A stretch of DNA of 64,000 nucleotides from Blasia pusilla (taxonomy: Eukaryota): positions 34,100,001 through 34,164,000 of the forward strand of contig CM114271.1 in assembly GCA_050084515.1 (NCBI GenBank). Direction: 5' to 3'. Positions 15,178-28,739 of the stretch are shown piece by piece. Position numbers and translations under genes: made by a program. The notes below the pieces were generated by a model. That model made no database searches. It was not told where the DNA came from and saw only the letters and a program-made list of their open reading frames with translations. Each line of letters starts with the position of its first letter. Within the stretch, counting starts at the first letter, position 1.

Positions 15178-18100
15178 AGACTTCATGGTTAGGAATCTCC
15201 GGGTTTGATGTTATGAAGAAGTGATCGCCTCGACACTATCATTCTTGATTCCTGTCGTGAGAGAATGGAGAGAGTATATAATAATTCTGTATTGAAAAAA
15301 AGAACTTCTTAAAGAGTTCACCTTGCATCAACTACGTTTGCTGCAGCTTAAAGGTTTGACCTTACTCGAAGAAAAGCTCTCGATACGACACTGGTTTGAG
15401 GAAAAATAGATGGTACCCACAATTATAATTTTCGCACAACAACATCTGATCAACATCGTCTGTCCTTTGACATACTTGACATGGATAGTCAAGTGGAGGT
15501 ATCCAAGTAGCAGTGACGATGGTGGGATCCAAGTTAAACAAGTGGTATGGTGCGCAATTTTTCGAATGGTCTTGAATGGTGCGTCCATCAACCCTTTGTG
15601 ATTGTAACATACCTAAAGGCCTAAGTCTTGATCTGTAAGATGATGACAAGTAGAGGTGTCCAAGGGTTGCCGCTGAAGATAGAAAAAATTACCAACATCA
15701 AAGTGTCTCACCTTCGGTTTGTAACTGCCACCTCTCGTGTGAGCATACCGTAGTGTGTCTCGATGTTGCGCGATTGCCAAGTTCTCCATGGCCATGGGCA
15801 TGACTCTCCTGAATAGGTCAACCCTCTTTGAGATAACCCAAGCCCAGATTTAATCAGAATCCAAGACTACAACCTGGTCCATTTGAGAGGCAATGGAAGA
15901 GGGTGGAACCGAGTGTTTGCCAAAAAGCAAGAAATAGGGAGAAAAGTGTGACAATGAGGCATGCGTGGACATTCGATACCCCATAGCAACAGCAGAAAAG
16001 GCCAGGTCCCAATCCTCCTTGTTTTTGGTGAGGAAAATCTTACATAGGCTCTTCTTGCACGTTTGTACCATCCTCTTGGCAAGCCCATTAGCTTCAGGGT
16101 GATCTCTCGAAGTTTGCCAATGGTCGATGAGGGCATGGTCAAGCAGCTCCTGCTATTCACCTCTGAAATCTGATTCCTGATCAGTAAGACACCCAGCATG
16201 GGCCCAAAATTGACTAAGGACCTGCTGAAGGAAGGCTTGGCTAGTGCTTCGAGAACTCTTATCCGGAAATGCCACCAAATCTATCCATTTAGAAAAGTGC
16301 TCAATCATAATCATGATGTAAAGATTACCCCGAGCCGTATGAGGTAATTCTCCAGCTAAATCACATGACCAGAGATAGAACATGCTTTGGTTAGGGAGTG
16401 GATGAAGTGTGGGTTGTCGACAAGAGAGAAGTTCTCACTCTATCACATTGTTCACAACTAGCAATCAGATTTCGGACTTGAACGTACATGAGGAGTGAGA
16501 AGGCTGTAAGTGCGCTTAACTCCAAAGTGTCCAAGCTCTGAATGTACCTTTTGAATGAGGCCAGGTCTCGCATGTGGTGGGGGAACCACTCTATCTCCTT
16601 GTAGCAAGCATCGGACTAGGTGGTTGTTTCTCCATGAGTAGCGTTTAGACCGTTGCTGTACGCGATCCTGCTGACCTGACGTAACTTCCCCATGCTAAGG
16701 AAATCCCAGAGTGTCTTGGTCCTCCCATATATCCACAATGAGGTAGCATTGTGGATATATGGGAGGACCAAGACATTGCGCTATTGCATTGCAGTAGCGC
16801 AAGGTAGCTAGATGCATGAGATGCTTGCACCGCTGAAATCTGGTCAAAGTCTTGTCTTACTTCTGAGAAATCTTCAGATGTAGTGAGGGGTCTCCATGAC
16901 ATAGTACCCGCATTTTGATGAGTGACACCAGGTCGATGAATAACCTCAAACTCATACTCCTGAAGTATGAGTGCCCAACGAGCTAACTTGCCGGTAAGCC
17001 TTTTGTCGGTCATCAACGGCTTAAGTGGCTGATGGTCGTTGTACAGGGTGAACTTGGTGCCATAGAGGTAGGGTCTGAAATGTATGACAGCCCATACTAC
17101 AGCAAGGCACTCACCCTCGTAAGAGGAGTAGTTACTTTCCGCCTTGATGTCGCTCCTTGACACATAGGCAATGACATACTCATTATCTTTCTCATCGTGC
17201 TGGCCAAGTACAGCACCAATACCAAGAGCACTACAATCGGTATGTAGGATGAAGACCTGGCTGAAATCAGGTCTTTGAAGTATCGGGTACTCTGAAAGTT
17301 GCTCCTTGAGTGCTTGAAAGGCTAGTTGAGGGTCTTGATTCCAAGCCCAAGGGACGTCCTTCTTCAATAAGGCATAGAGAGGATATGCGATGGTGCTGAA
17401 ATTTTTGACGTAAATAGGGTAATAGTTACACAACCCAATGAAACTCCTCAACATGTGCACATCAGTAGGGTGAGGCATCTACAAAATGGCAACCACCATG
17501 GCCCAATGAGCCATGACGCCATTCGAAAGAATACGATGCCCAAGGTAAACTACTGATGTCACAAAAAACTCGCATTTCTTGGGATGTACTTTCATATCCA
17601 CAGAAATCAGCCTCTTGAATAGCTCCTCAAGATGAGCAAGGTGTTGCTCAATCCCCTTGCTGCGGACTAGCACGTTGTCAATGTAGAATTTCAGAAAATC
17701 TGCACCTTCAAGTACCTGGTCCATGACTAGTTGAAAGAATATGGGTCCATTCTTCAAGCCAAAGGGCATCAGCAGCCACTCCCATAGTTGATGGCTACCT
17801 TGGAATGCTGTTTTCTTGCATTCTTTTGCACGTAGTACAATCTGGTTGCAACCTTGCCGCAATTCCACAATGGTGAAGAGGTCCGAGTCCCCAATGCTAT
17901 CAAACAGCTCCTCTAAAATGGGCATGGGATATTGATGTTGAGGTGTAACCAAGTTCAGAGGTCGTTAATCCCCACACATTTCAGTCCACAATCCAGCGGA
18001 GTCCTTCTTTGCAGTCATAACCGTAGCCGTAGTGAAATCTGAACTAGAGGGATTTATGAGACCAGCCTCTTGGAGCTCCTGGCACCTCTTATCAACAAAC

Positions 18101-18619
18101 TCCCACTCATGCCTGCTCAGACGATGTCTCCTCCGATAGACAGGTGTCTCATCACTAAGGTCGATGGAGAACTGCATAGTCTTGTACTTGGCCAGATCCT
18201 TCATTGAAAACGCAAATACATTCTCATACTTCAGCAGCAATCTTGTGACCTGATCCCTTTGCTTCTTGTTGAGATGGTTTCCCATGATGAATGAGTAGTT
18301 AGCAACACATGGAATGGAGCTAGAAAGTGTGCCAAAAGAACCAGATGTACTAGCTTTTCCACTATCCAACTGCGCATATTCGTGGAGGAATGTAGTCGCC
18401 TCTCCAAAACCTGACGTAACTCCAGGTCTGATCTGATCCATGAATGAGGTATTTTCAGAGGATTCAGATGTATGAGAGGCCATTGGAATCAAATTACACG
18501 GTACTCCTCCCCCCCCAAATAGTCGGAATGAAGTGCAAAGTGTTGAAGATGGGAAGATGTACTTGATCGGGGTGCCATGTAATAGCATTGCTGCAACTGA
18601 ATGCGGATTGACCCAACGC

Positions 18620-19348
18620 TGGCTGTGTGTACATTTGAGATAGTACACAGGTCACCAAAAGCCATGTGAGAGAGTTCAGATCCATAACTCTCCGCAATAG
18701 AATAGAGCATTGCGCTCTAATCTAGTCACTTTGGTGTGACAAGTCATGCCGATTTTGAACCCCATAGCCCTCTCTCTCTCTCGCACCGTCCAACCAGGGC
18801 GCAGGGTTTATGGTCGCAAGGTTACGACAGGCACTACTTAATAATGAGTACAGTCTCTCTCTCTCTCTCTTTAGGGCTTGGTTCATCCCAAGTACCTGTA
18901 GAATGGTGATAGACTAGGCCTGGCCCATCTCCTTGAAAGGCACGGGCTCCTGGAAATGAAACTAGAGTGGTCAAGCACCTCTTGGTTCACCTATTACGTT
19001 CGTCGGAAACCATGGAGTCTTCCCTTGCCACGTAACTAGTTGGCAAGAACTTTGGTCATCCAAGATGTGAGAAACCTAGAGCATAGGGTCTCTAATCTTT
19101 TTTTCAGAGCCAACACAACAGAGTGGTCCAGAAGTTAGCAAACGGTGCGCATAAGAACCACATTGCGCCGCATCAGGTAGGACTCTAGGAGAGGTGCCTC
19201 GAGAAAATGTTGGACCAGCATGTAATGCTCTTGCACTTTCTCTCTCTGATTATCCTGAAAAGGAGTGTTCTGAATTCTACAAAAAAGAGTGGGAGAAAGG
19301 GCTTGGGTCCAAGTGATTACTCGCACCATGTCCACGAAAAGGCTGGAC
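18620..19348 (-). pseudogene. C-terminal half of a C5-cytosine methyltransferase domain in family-2 pol
   Basis: Hand translation of the minus strand: SLFVDMVRVI...RIQNTPF (motif VI, ENV-like), DAAQCGSYAHRL.NFWT (VIII), TLVSFPGARAFQGDGPGLV, ERAMGFKIGMT (IX), RRVMDLNSLTWLL (X). These are colinear with the DNMT at 38.9-39.8 kb. Confidence 0.8.
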
Positions 19349-19882
19349 TCTCAACTTATCGTCTTCAAGCGATAGTTCTTCTTCAACCTCTTGAAGAACC
19401 CTTGGCACTCCTGACCGATGGTGGGGCACTAGTACCTCCACTCAGTACTCCCAGGTTCCAAGAACCCCCAATCCTTCTCTGAATCATTTTCAATCGGGTG
19501 GGGACATAGTAGGAGCACTACTTCCATGACAATGGGTGATAACTGAGACCAATATTGTCTCTTGAATCTCAGCAACATGGTCCTTCCTAAACTCATGGTT
19601 CGCAATGGGTGGTCCCTCAAGTCTTCCAAACAATACCAAGCCAAGAAGGGTGTAAAAATTTGGCGTTGACTGCATATCACACCCTCTCAAACCTGAATAA
19701 AGTCCTCCAACTCAATGGTGCCCACTTCGAGTATATGTGGGCCCTTCATGGCCCCATGGTCCAAATACCAAATCAATGGAGCTTGCAAAGTAGCGGCTGA
19801 ATCGTGTTTGGAACATCCTTTTCCTCCTCTTCATCAACCTTCGGAAGTGGAAAAGGTAGCCGATACCTCAATCCACTCCTTG
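19349..19882 (-). mobile_element. gag fragment of the family-1 element embedded in family-2 pol
   Basis: RSGLRYRLPFPLPKVDEEE, CDMQ, LEGPPIANHEFRKDHVAEI and FFKRLKK match 36062-36670 closely at DNA level. Confidence 0.8.
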
Positions 19883-22800
19883 AGCCTCTGTAGAACTTCT
19901 GGTCCATGCTTAATTTCAGTAGGAATAGCCTCCAAGCTTTCAGCAGCTTGTGCATAGGCTATATATCTCTTCTTCATCATCCTCCATCCACTCACTCATG
20001 GCTAGCTTGCCGGATGTAGGAAATGGTGTTTACCTCTTTGAACATACAGTGGCGAGCCATAAGATTATGGTTCCCATGTAAATCCAGAGGAATGTATACG
20101 CGGCTGTGGCCATCAGTTTCCCAATCCACTCGATAGTATGCGTGCTCGAACCAATTGTCGATTGTGAAGCTTGGTGGAAACAAGGCCTCTTGCCCAATGA
20201 GCACATCATATCTGCTGGAATTGGTGACTAAGAATCTGACCTGTAGATGAAGCTCCTGATCTGTAACTTCACTGAAGGTAAGTGAAATCAGATCATAGCT
20301 CTCCCCAAGTACCTCCTCCACATTCCCACTAGTGGTTCGAATCTGCCACATGGATTTCCGCAGTTTGGAGTCTAGCATGCCCATCTTCTTGGCAAATTGT
20401 AATCCCAAAATCATTGGTTGGGCACCTGTATCAAAGAGTACTACTCTAGGTGTATGTCCTCCCACCTTATTTTTTGACTTGGTGTTGTCAACCGTGGCAA
20501 CTCCGGTGGCAATGGAGGTTCTCTCGATCACTAGGTACTACCTTTGGAAATGTGCGAGAAACCTTGTGGAGAGAATAGCTATCCACAACACCTTTGCTGA
20601 GTAGCAAGTTCAAAATTGAAGTAGTCTTTGACCCTCTCTGATCTTTAGATGTAGGTATAGCTGTAGAGGAGCCATCTAGTTAAGCGATGTTGCTAGAACG
20701 AATGATCAAATTGCGAACGCCCTCCGCGATATGCAAACCAGAAGAGTGTCCCTTTAGAATGTGGGACGGGACCTCCATGACATGTAAAAAAGGGGATGGT
20801 AGAGGGCCTGATGTAGTATTCAGGGTGTCCTCTAGTATCGTGATACACCTCCCTGATGCTTAGCTTCAGGTCCTCGAAGCTGAATAGCGGTGTAATCAAG
20901 AGCTTATGCGCCACTTCGTGAACTGGAAGTTGGCACTTCACAAACTGATCATTGGACAGATCAAACTTCTCGTGATGTAAGTATACTCCTGAAACAAAAT
21001 AATTTGATGTCCCAACAGCTTGTGGTGTAGAAGCTGTCTCCTCGCCAACAAGGTGCTCTCCTCCTCCAAAGTGAGGGGACGGAAAGATTGTGGCATGACT
21101 GCCCTAGCCCCTCTAGCCCTGGTCATGGGACCTGTACCAGATGCAAGATAATCAGTCTGAACCACTCTCCTGGTGGTAGAAACCTTGCGTGTCACACTAG
21201 CTTATTGCGCGACGAAGTAGGATGGACAAAATGATGTATCAAATTCTGCGGTGAGACCAGATTGGTTCGCTGGGGAGAGAACATACCCTCCCATCATGGC
21301 CTCATGTGGGAGGTCATAGAACGACCTTGGAAATCCTTTCCCTAATCCTGAACCTTTTACAGCTTGAGCATGACTAGCTGTTGGGGTAGACTTGCCCTTC
21401 AATGTGGCAAGTTGGGCTCGCAAAGCCTCTACAACGCCTTCAGCGTTTGAACCTTGTGCTTGGGGCACCGACTTCTTGGCAGCCTGGTACTCTTGTTCTT
21501 AGAATCCTTGCTGGAGCTACGCCTTAAAGGAAATCCCTGAGTTGAAGGCTGAGCTGGCTTGCCTTTGGGTAGAGAGGCAACGGCTGGTTGTTGCAGATTT
21601 TGTCACGGTTTCCGGAGTCGCTTGCATTCCGGAAATTTGGCAAAACAAACAGCCTCTCGATAAGCCTATTTCCCACAATAATCACAGAAGAGATCCTTGG
21701 AAGGGATGTTGCATTCACGAGCCTTGTGATCAGGGTTACCACAATAGTTGCAAGAAGGTAGGATGGGTGCCAAAAAGTGCACCCGTTTGCTACGAGAAGA
21801 GAAATGAGAAGATCTGGTCAGAGTAGCGGATGGTGGCAGAGGTCTAGCACGGGCTGTAGGCCTCATATTGATGGCCTCATAGTGAGCATGGGCCAACTCC
21901 AACTTCTCAGAGATGTTGTACACATCCAACAAGGCGTAGGAGTTGCCAAATTCTGCGAAAACTCGTTGCAAAACTTGCGCATGGAGTGCCGGAGTACTCT
22001 CCATCGCATGAAGATACCGATGGGCAGCCTCCAGGTTTGTGATGCTCTGAGTGTCCTCCTTAAGCTTGAGGAGCCTCCTGTATAGCATCTTGAGGGTCTC
22101 TTACTTCTGCTGAGAGAAGATGGCGAGCTGGAAAATGTTTTCAGAGCTCTTAACCGGGAATTCTAGCTCAAGAACCCGGAAGAATTCTCCCACTGGATCA
22201 GCAAGGGCTAGTGAATTAATGGTAGTGGAAATGTAGGCCGTAGCAGCGGCGAGTTGTTGTGGAGTCAGCGCCACTGAGATAGGTACCGGATCTAGATTAT
22301 TTGCCTCGGTACCATGATGCGCAAAGGTCTTCCGTTGAACTTCTCAATTTTCCCAGAGGAGTTGCTGACGTCCATGGTGAATGAATGTGATGGAGTGGCG
22401 GCTCGCAATGGGCCAATGTCACATACACAGCCGATGTGAAACCCAGTCCGGCAGCTGAAGTATCCCACTGATTCAGTCCACCAAATGGACTCTGATATAT
22501 TCTAGATGATGTGTATCCGGAACCTGAACTTCTGATAGGGCTTGTACTAGGTGACGGCAGCGATGAAGGCCCTTGATTGTATCACCATGAATGCCGTGAG
22601 CTCATAGAAATTGGTACAAATGGCCGTGGATCACTTCGCAGCCGATAGTGTGGCTCTGGTTGGTCACTAGATCTCTCATCTCCAGAGGACATGTTGATGT
22701 TCCATGCCCCAAGAGCATGGTAGAAAAAGCCGAAAGTAGCACGGAGCCCTTGCCAAGAACTTTCTAACGTAGCCTACTTAACTACACACAACTTGCACTC

Positions 22801-25800
22801 AAACTCAAATGTGGTTTGTCTTGCTAGCCAAGAGAAATCATTGGACACAGATTTTTTTGCACTTGCCACAATTAACAATCATTCAAACGCTGTAGGAATT
22901 GAAATGTTGAATGTTCAGTCGGTTCACATGTGTGCTCGTCATTAACTAACTAGCTTATCAAACCTACCGCTAATTGAATTTTCAACTAATGTATTTTTTC
23001 CCACAAACAACCTCTAGATTGTTCCGACAGTCAATTACTTCGTTCATAAACTGAAATCAGATGTGTGGCAGCTGCAGATCAACGCATGTCACGACTCACT
23101 GGCTAGTTATGGAAAAACTTGGAGCTAATTTTGAATTTTAAAAAAGCTTAAAAAATGCGGCCGACTTTTGATCGGTAAATTTTACAAAGGTTGGTGTTGC
23201 TTTCAGTCTGTAGATATGTTTTGGGAACGGCGGGACTCGTTACATTGCTAGGAAGCGCAACTCTGCTGGTGGGCCTGGAAACCCGGCACTCCAAACCATT
23301 GCCACAAAGAGAATTGCAGCTCGACAGCAACACCGATGCCCTGAAGCCATCTATGCAGACCGCTAAGGATCCCATTATGTGTGTGTGACCCTTCCTGCAG
23401 CACGAAAGCTCGCAGACTTGGCTATGGAGCGCCTTCCTTGCGGCCGATGGTGTTGGAGCTAGCAGTCGGTTCGTAGAATGTGGAGAGGTGGTTATGCTTT
23501 GAGTGTGCTCATATGTAGCTTCATGATTGAAGCAAAAGATGAACGTTCTTCAGAGACTAGGTAGGAACCAGAATGCGGGCTGATGAAGCGTGAGTTCGAA
23601 CTTGGAATCCTTTGTGCGGAGCAAGGACGTGTAGCAGCATTGCATATCCCATTGGCTTCCTGGTTTCTTTGCTTCGCACTTGTCGACACTCACTTCTGCA
23701 AGTACTAGATTTGCTCCGAAGCTTGGCTAGGGATTGGATAGATAGCCGACTTCCTCATCACTATACCATCTTGACAAGGGTATGAAGGTTACTGTGCCTA
23801 TTTTGACTCCGGTAGACAGCAACACATTACTATATCTTTGCGTATTCCTGTTATCCTTCCATACCAAGAGACGACAAACTGCTCTCTGCTTCAACCTACA
23901 ACCTCGCCCGCATGATGCAATTTCCTCATCCAACTCTCTCTTATCCGTTTTCCTGCCAGTTTGCGGATCGAATGAAACAGGCCGTTGAGTGCGGAGCACA
24001 AAGTAATTCACAACTCCATGTACTCCTCTCGACTGTCTAACCCCTAGCCTAAGGGGTCTTTTCACTTTTTAAATGATCAGACAGGAAAGCAACATCCACT
24101 CAGCCAAATCGCCATAGGGTTTTTGTGAGATCTCATGGCATTCATGAGTTGTTGGCTTTCACTTTCTCTTCACATCCTCTTGTTTGGTGTTTACAATTTT
24201 CTTCTTAATTTTCTATTGGAATGTCGGTTTTTGTGTGTTTGGTCTTGTTTTGATTTTCTTCATAAGTTTGTTTTTTTTCATACCAAGTGGATTTTCTAGT
24301 TTTTTTTTCCTTTTCCGTAGGCCCTTATTATTGTATTTGGGGTTTTTTAGATCAATTCCTCTTATACCTCTACCTACCTTGCTTTTTCAATATTAAACTT
24401 TACTACTTTGCCCCTCCCTAGTTTTGCTAACTCCTTAAGAGCATTATAGATGTCTATTCTTAAGCCACTTATTTTGATACCACATAGGTCACTTCTCTTT
24501 TTCAATTGTTTATTATATTTCTTAAAGTGACCTTCAATCATAAATCCTTCGATGACTAATCTTTTTCTTCCATCTAAATCTATTTTGGATGGATTCTACT
24601 ACTTTTATTATGGTCATTATTCTAATATTTTCACAAAATTATGGTTCATATATCTTCTCTTGTCTTGAATGACATCTCTACTTTTGGTTCTATGGATATG
24701 GAGTTGGACAATCCATGTACTCACTGATATGGTTTGATTACCCTCCCTAAACCGTAACCAAACTCTCTTTTCCTTGGTCCCCGTCCTCATTATAGATCTA
24801 TCCATTTTTCTCCAGATACTCATACACCCATTAAAAATTATATATTTCTTCTATATGTTTCTCTGCTCCCCTCTTTGCCTCTTCCTATTTATTATAACCT
24901 CGATCAAATACTACTAAATCCTACTACTTTTCCATCCTCACATATCTCATTTGAACCCTTGCTTCCAACTCGCATTTTTTCTATCCTTATCCTCCCTCTG
25001 TCCGCTCCTCCTTCCCCAATCATTTATCCCCTCTTTGGTGTCCTTCATCACCTCATGCATCTCCCATCTCCTCTCCTTGTAACCTTTCTTCTTCTACATC
25101 TATGCCAAAGGTTTGTTGCATACTTGCTGCTCCTATTGGGATCAAAAGACATCAATGGTACTATCAATTCATGCATGGGCCTTCAATCCCTAACCCGATA
25201 CCACCTCCTACTACCATCCTCATAATAGATGTTAGGACGTGGTTAAGCCAAATCGATCTCCTTCGCTCTTTCCATTCCCATTTTCCTCGTCTTAGAGGCT
25301 TGACTCGCATTATTCCCATTTCTCTTCGCCCCATTATCCAACAAGCATTTCTTTTCCTATTAGAAAAGTTAGCGTGTGATCCCATATATATCAATGCTTG
25401 GTATCTACTATTACTCTTCCCCCAACTCTTCCTCCCGGGGCCAGTAGCCAAGCACGCACAGGGCTCATGGCCTACGTAGGGCTCATGTTTGGGCCTTGCT
25501 ACGGTCCTTGTGTGGGCCTAGCCGTAGGCTCTACGTGGGCCTTGAGACCACCCTGCCCCAAGCTAGTGCAGGCCCCGCTCGGGCTAGGAAAGGGCTTATA
25601 GCCCATACACCCCTTTTTTTCCCTATGCTGCCAAGCCCGCACTTGTTCCCACATCCCAAGTCCGCGTGGGCCATTGGGATTCCAAAAGAACCGGACGGAG
25701 AAGTCATCAGGCAAGTCCGTCCATGGGATGGACATCCCTGACGGAAAGTCCATCTGACAAAAATGGATAACTCCGTCCATTTCCGTGCAACCTTGTTCTT

Positions 25801-26331
25801 CATACTCCTCGCTTATCAACAAGCAAAGCATCAACCGTGGGTTTTGAGCATCTATGTGATTGCTTTATCCCAGAAGATTGTGCAAGAGGATTATTGATCT
25901 CTCTCTCTCTCTCTATGGCTTTGTCCCTACTTTATTTAGCATCCACTTATTTCCTTGTCAATTTGAAGTGGCTACCCTTAGTGGTTCTGATGATGTGGCT
26001 CATGGGATACGCTCCACTATTGATATTCATCTAGACTAGGTAGCAATTCAAGTCGATGTGGCTAACACATTCAATTAGAGATTCAATGCAATTTCTTATG
26101 CAACCGTATTTGATGAGTTATGGTCTACATGAGGACAACTTGCGAGTTCCATTCTATTTTTCTTCTCCTTCTATGCATGTGATACACCTCTTATATATTC
26201 TAACAATATTACTACTTTCATAGAAAATAGTGTTTTCCAATCAGCTTGTGGTACACATCAAGGTGATCCCATGGGTTGCCCACTCCTTACCATCGCATAT
26301 TTTCATGCCCTTTGAGCAACAACCCATGCAT

Positions 26332-26627
26332 TTGTTGCACGTGGACAAAGTTTGTATCCACGGATATGTTTGTATATGTGGACTTACGTCCGTCTTATGG
26401 GAGGAATTTTCCACGTGGCCTTGTCTTTCTCATTCTCCCCACTTGCCTTCGTGTTCCGTATTTTCCTATTTCTTCCCCCCCCCCTTATTGCCCCACTTGC
26501 TCTTGTCTTGCCTTCCGTCATGAGTATAAGTGTGGGCGCCATCTCTTGCAATCCATGTCTGTGGACATATCCAAACTTGTCTGTCCATATCTGTCCTAGG
26601 GATGAACTTGTCGATTTTTGTACAACC
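26332..26627. mobile_element. Possible short solo-LTR/MITE-like insert in the LINE RT
   Basis: About 295 bp starting TGTTGCAC and ending TGTACAAC. It interrupts the RT between the QGDP and xxDD motifs. Confidence 0.3.
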
Positions 26628-27839
26628 ATGTCCACTGTATTGCTCATGATACCCATATTATAGGTCCTCTATCTCAAGTGGTTCCTACTTATACCCATTT
26701 TGTGGAGCAATCCTCTAGCTTAAAGCTTAAAGTCCAGCCTAGTAAATGTTTGGTATGGGCTTCTTTATGCCTTCCCTAAATATTCATCATGCCTATTCTT
26801 GATTTTACCGTCTACATTAAATGGGTTTGGATTCTTGGGGTCCCAATTGGTTTCATCGACTATATATTCAAGTTCTTGGATGAAGCCCTAAGATTTAGAA
26901 AGATGTAGAATGGCTTCATTTGTTATCTCATCAATAGGATTCCCAAGTGGCTTATGGGATTCTCTGCTAATATTTTATGATGTCCCTCCTACCTTCTTTG
27001 CACTTGTCCTTCCACTTTAGAGTTCTTATATTGGTTGGCCTCTTTTGACACTTATATCATGGCAACTTTCGATCAATTTCTCGGTCCAAATACATTTGAG
27101 GGAAATTACGATGTTTTGGTTTCACAAAAATCTATCTTGCCTATTTATTTTGGAGGGTTGGGGCTTTCCTTCACGGTTGCATTGGGTCTAGCAGCTTTTC
27201 TAGGGAGTTAGGCTTTAAGTGCCCTCATTTTTACTTCAAGGTTTCTCTAAGGAGATGCATTTATTGTGATGGATCATGTTGCTCATATAGTGTAGGGCAA
27301 TGAACAAGGAGATCCGGGGTTTAGAGTATTCGTAGCCGGCAGTTTTTTGGAATTTCCTTCCCTGCTCGAGAGAGGCCGGCTGAGATTCCGGCGCATTTGA
27401 CTGAGTTTTCGGAAGATGGCAGAGCGGATTCGGTGTAGCCAAAAACTCCCCGGGAATCGCAGAGGCTTGACTGGGATTACACCTGCGACAGGAGGAGACA
27501 CCGGAATTTGACCGATATTATATTACGGGCTGACGAAATGCTATTGGAATAGTTTTTGACAATTGGAAAATTGATGAGTTGTGATTGGAGGGTAGATGGA
27601 GGGACGGATATGCACTCCAACGTGTTTTCAAATCCTGGCCGCACAGTAGAGGGTTTTACAAAACTCTGTAAGGTGCCCCAAAATCAGCCGCACCCTAAAA
27701 CCTTCAGGCTGCCCCTCTAAAACCGTTCGATGCTTTGGAGTCTCATCCGACAATATTGAGCAAACCCCGGGTGGGACGGACTCTACGGAGTGAGGCGCGG
27801 ACAGAGGTGAGAGGGTGGGGGGTATATCTCTCCATGGCT

Positions 27840-28330
27840 CATTGTACGATTTTGCCCGCAGCTGCCCTGTTGTGCCCTCCTCTATGCCGCGGCTCTGCAT
27901 TTAGCGATCTTGCCCGTTGTGGCTCATTGTGTGATTTTTCCCGCTACTGCTATGCTCTACTCTACTCTATGCCGCGGCTCTGTGTCGAGTGCTTTTGCTT
28001 CCTGTTGCACCTTTGATAGTTGTTGTGCCCTTGCTCACTATTGCGCCCTTGCCCGCTGCTGCACTTTTGCTCGCTGTTGCGCCATTGTGCGCTCTTGCTC
28101 TTGCTCGCTGTTGCGCTGTTGTGCGCTGTTGTGCGCTCTTGCTCTTGCTCGCTGTTGCGCTATTGTGCGCTCCTGCTCGCTGCTGCGTTTTCGGCTCAGC
28201 AAGAGCAAGAGATTTGTGCGCTCTGCTTGCTTGCTATTGTCACTGCGTTCTTGCCCACTTAGGATGCTCTTGCCCAATATTGTGTGCTCTTGCTCACTGA
28301 TGCGCTCTTTCCTGCTATTGTGTACTCTTT
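27840..28330. repeat. Degenerate short tandem repeats (TGCGCTCTTGCTCTTGCTCGCTGT-like) in the hAT 5' subterminal region
   Basis: Repeated GCTCTT/GCGC/GCTGTT units directly visible. They produce the Cys/Ala/Leu-rich spurious ORFs in the ORF track. Confidence 0.7.
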
Positions 28331-28739
28331 TTGAGTCCCCATTTCCTCTGCTGCTGCGCTCAGAGCCTTCATTCCGACATGTGTCTTTTCTTGCCTGTTA
28401 GTTCGGCTGCCTTTCGTTCCTACTGCAACTCATAGCTGTATCTCTCGCTCTTCGTGACATGCTTTCGTTCTTGGAGTCCTGGTGCTATTCCCTAAACCCT
28501 AGGAGCGCGTTCATAGGACTCGTGTTGCCTTATCCCACGCTTTTGCGAGCGCTTTTGCTCTTGTTGCGGTTCCCTGGTTCGCGCTGCAAGATCTCTTGCT
28601 CTTGGTGCCTTGTAATCATGCTGCTAGCAATTTTTGTGTCATGTTGCAAAGCCCTGGTGTCACATATGAGTAGCCGATAGGCCGAGATCTATCGTGGATA
28701 GGGTGTAGGAGCCAACGGACTACACCCTGTAACTGCATT

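Larger units (their letters stand above)
15391..24140 (-). mobile_element. Degenerate Ty3/Gypsy-type retrotransposon (family 2): gag-PR-DNMT remnant-RT-RH-IN-PHD
   Basis: Minus-strand fragments: gag with CNYCGNPDHKAREC (~21700); protease VVLFDTGAQPMILG (~20430); RT MPFGLKN/FYIDN (17479-17952); RNase H FILHTDCSALGIGAVL...DHQPL (16645-17478); integrase WSCDLAGELP / LTDQESDFRGE (16153-16383); PHD CQVCQRTDDVDQMLLCENYNCGYH (~15400-15490). Many stops and frameshifts. The 3' end is truncated. The 5' end is tentatively TGCCATGA at 24140. Confidence 0.85.

Noticed and set aside
23100-24140. Self-priming inverted repeat in the putative family-2 5' LTR
   Set aside because: Looked for it but found no convincing pair; the 5' boundary of family 2 remains tentative.
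27735-28401. Cys-rich ORFs
   Set aside because: Translation artefacts of the tandem repeats inside the hAT.
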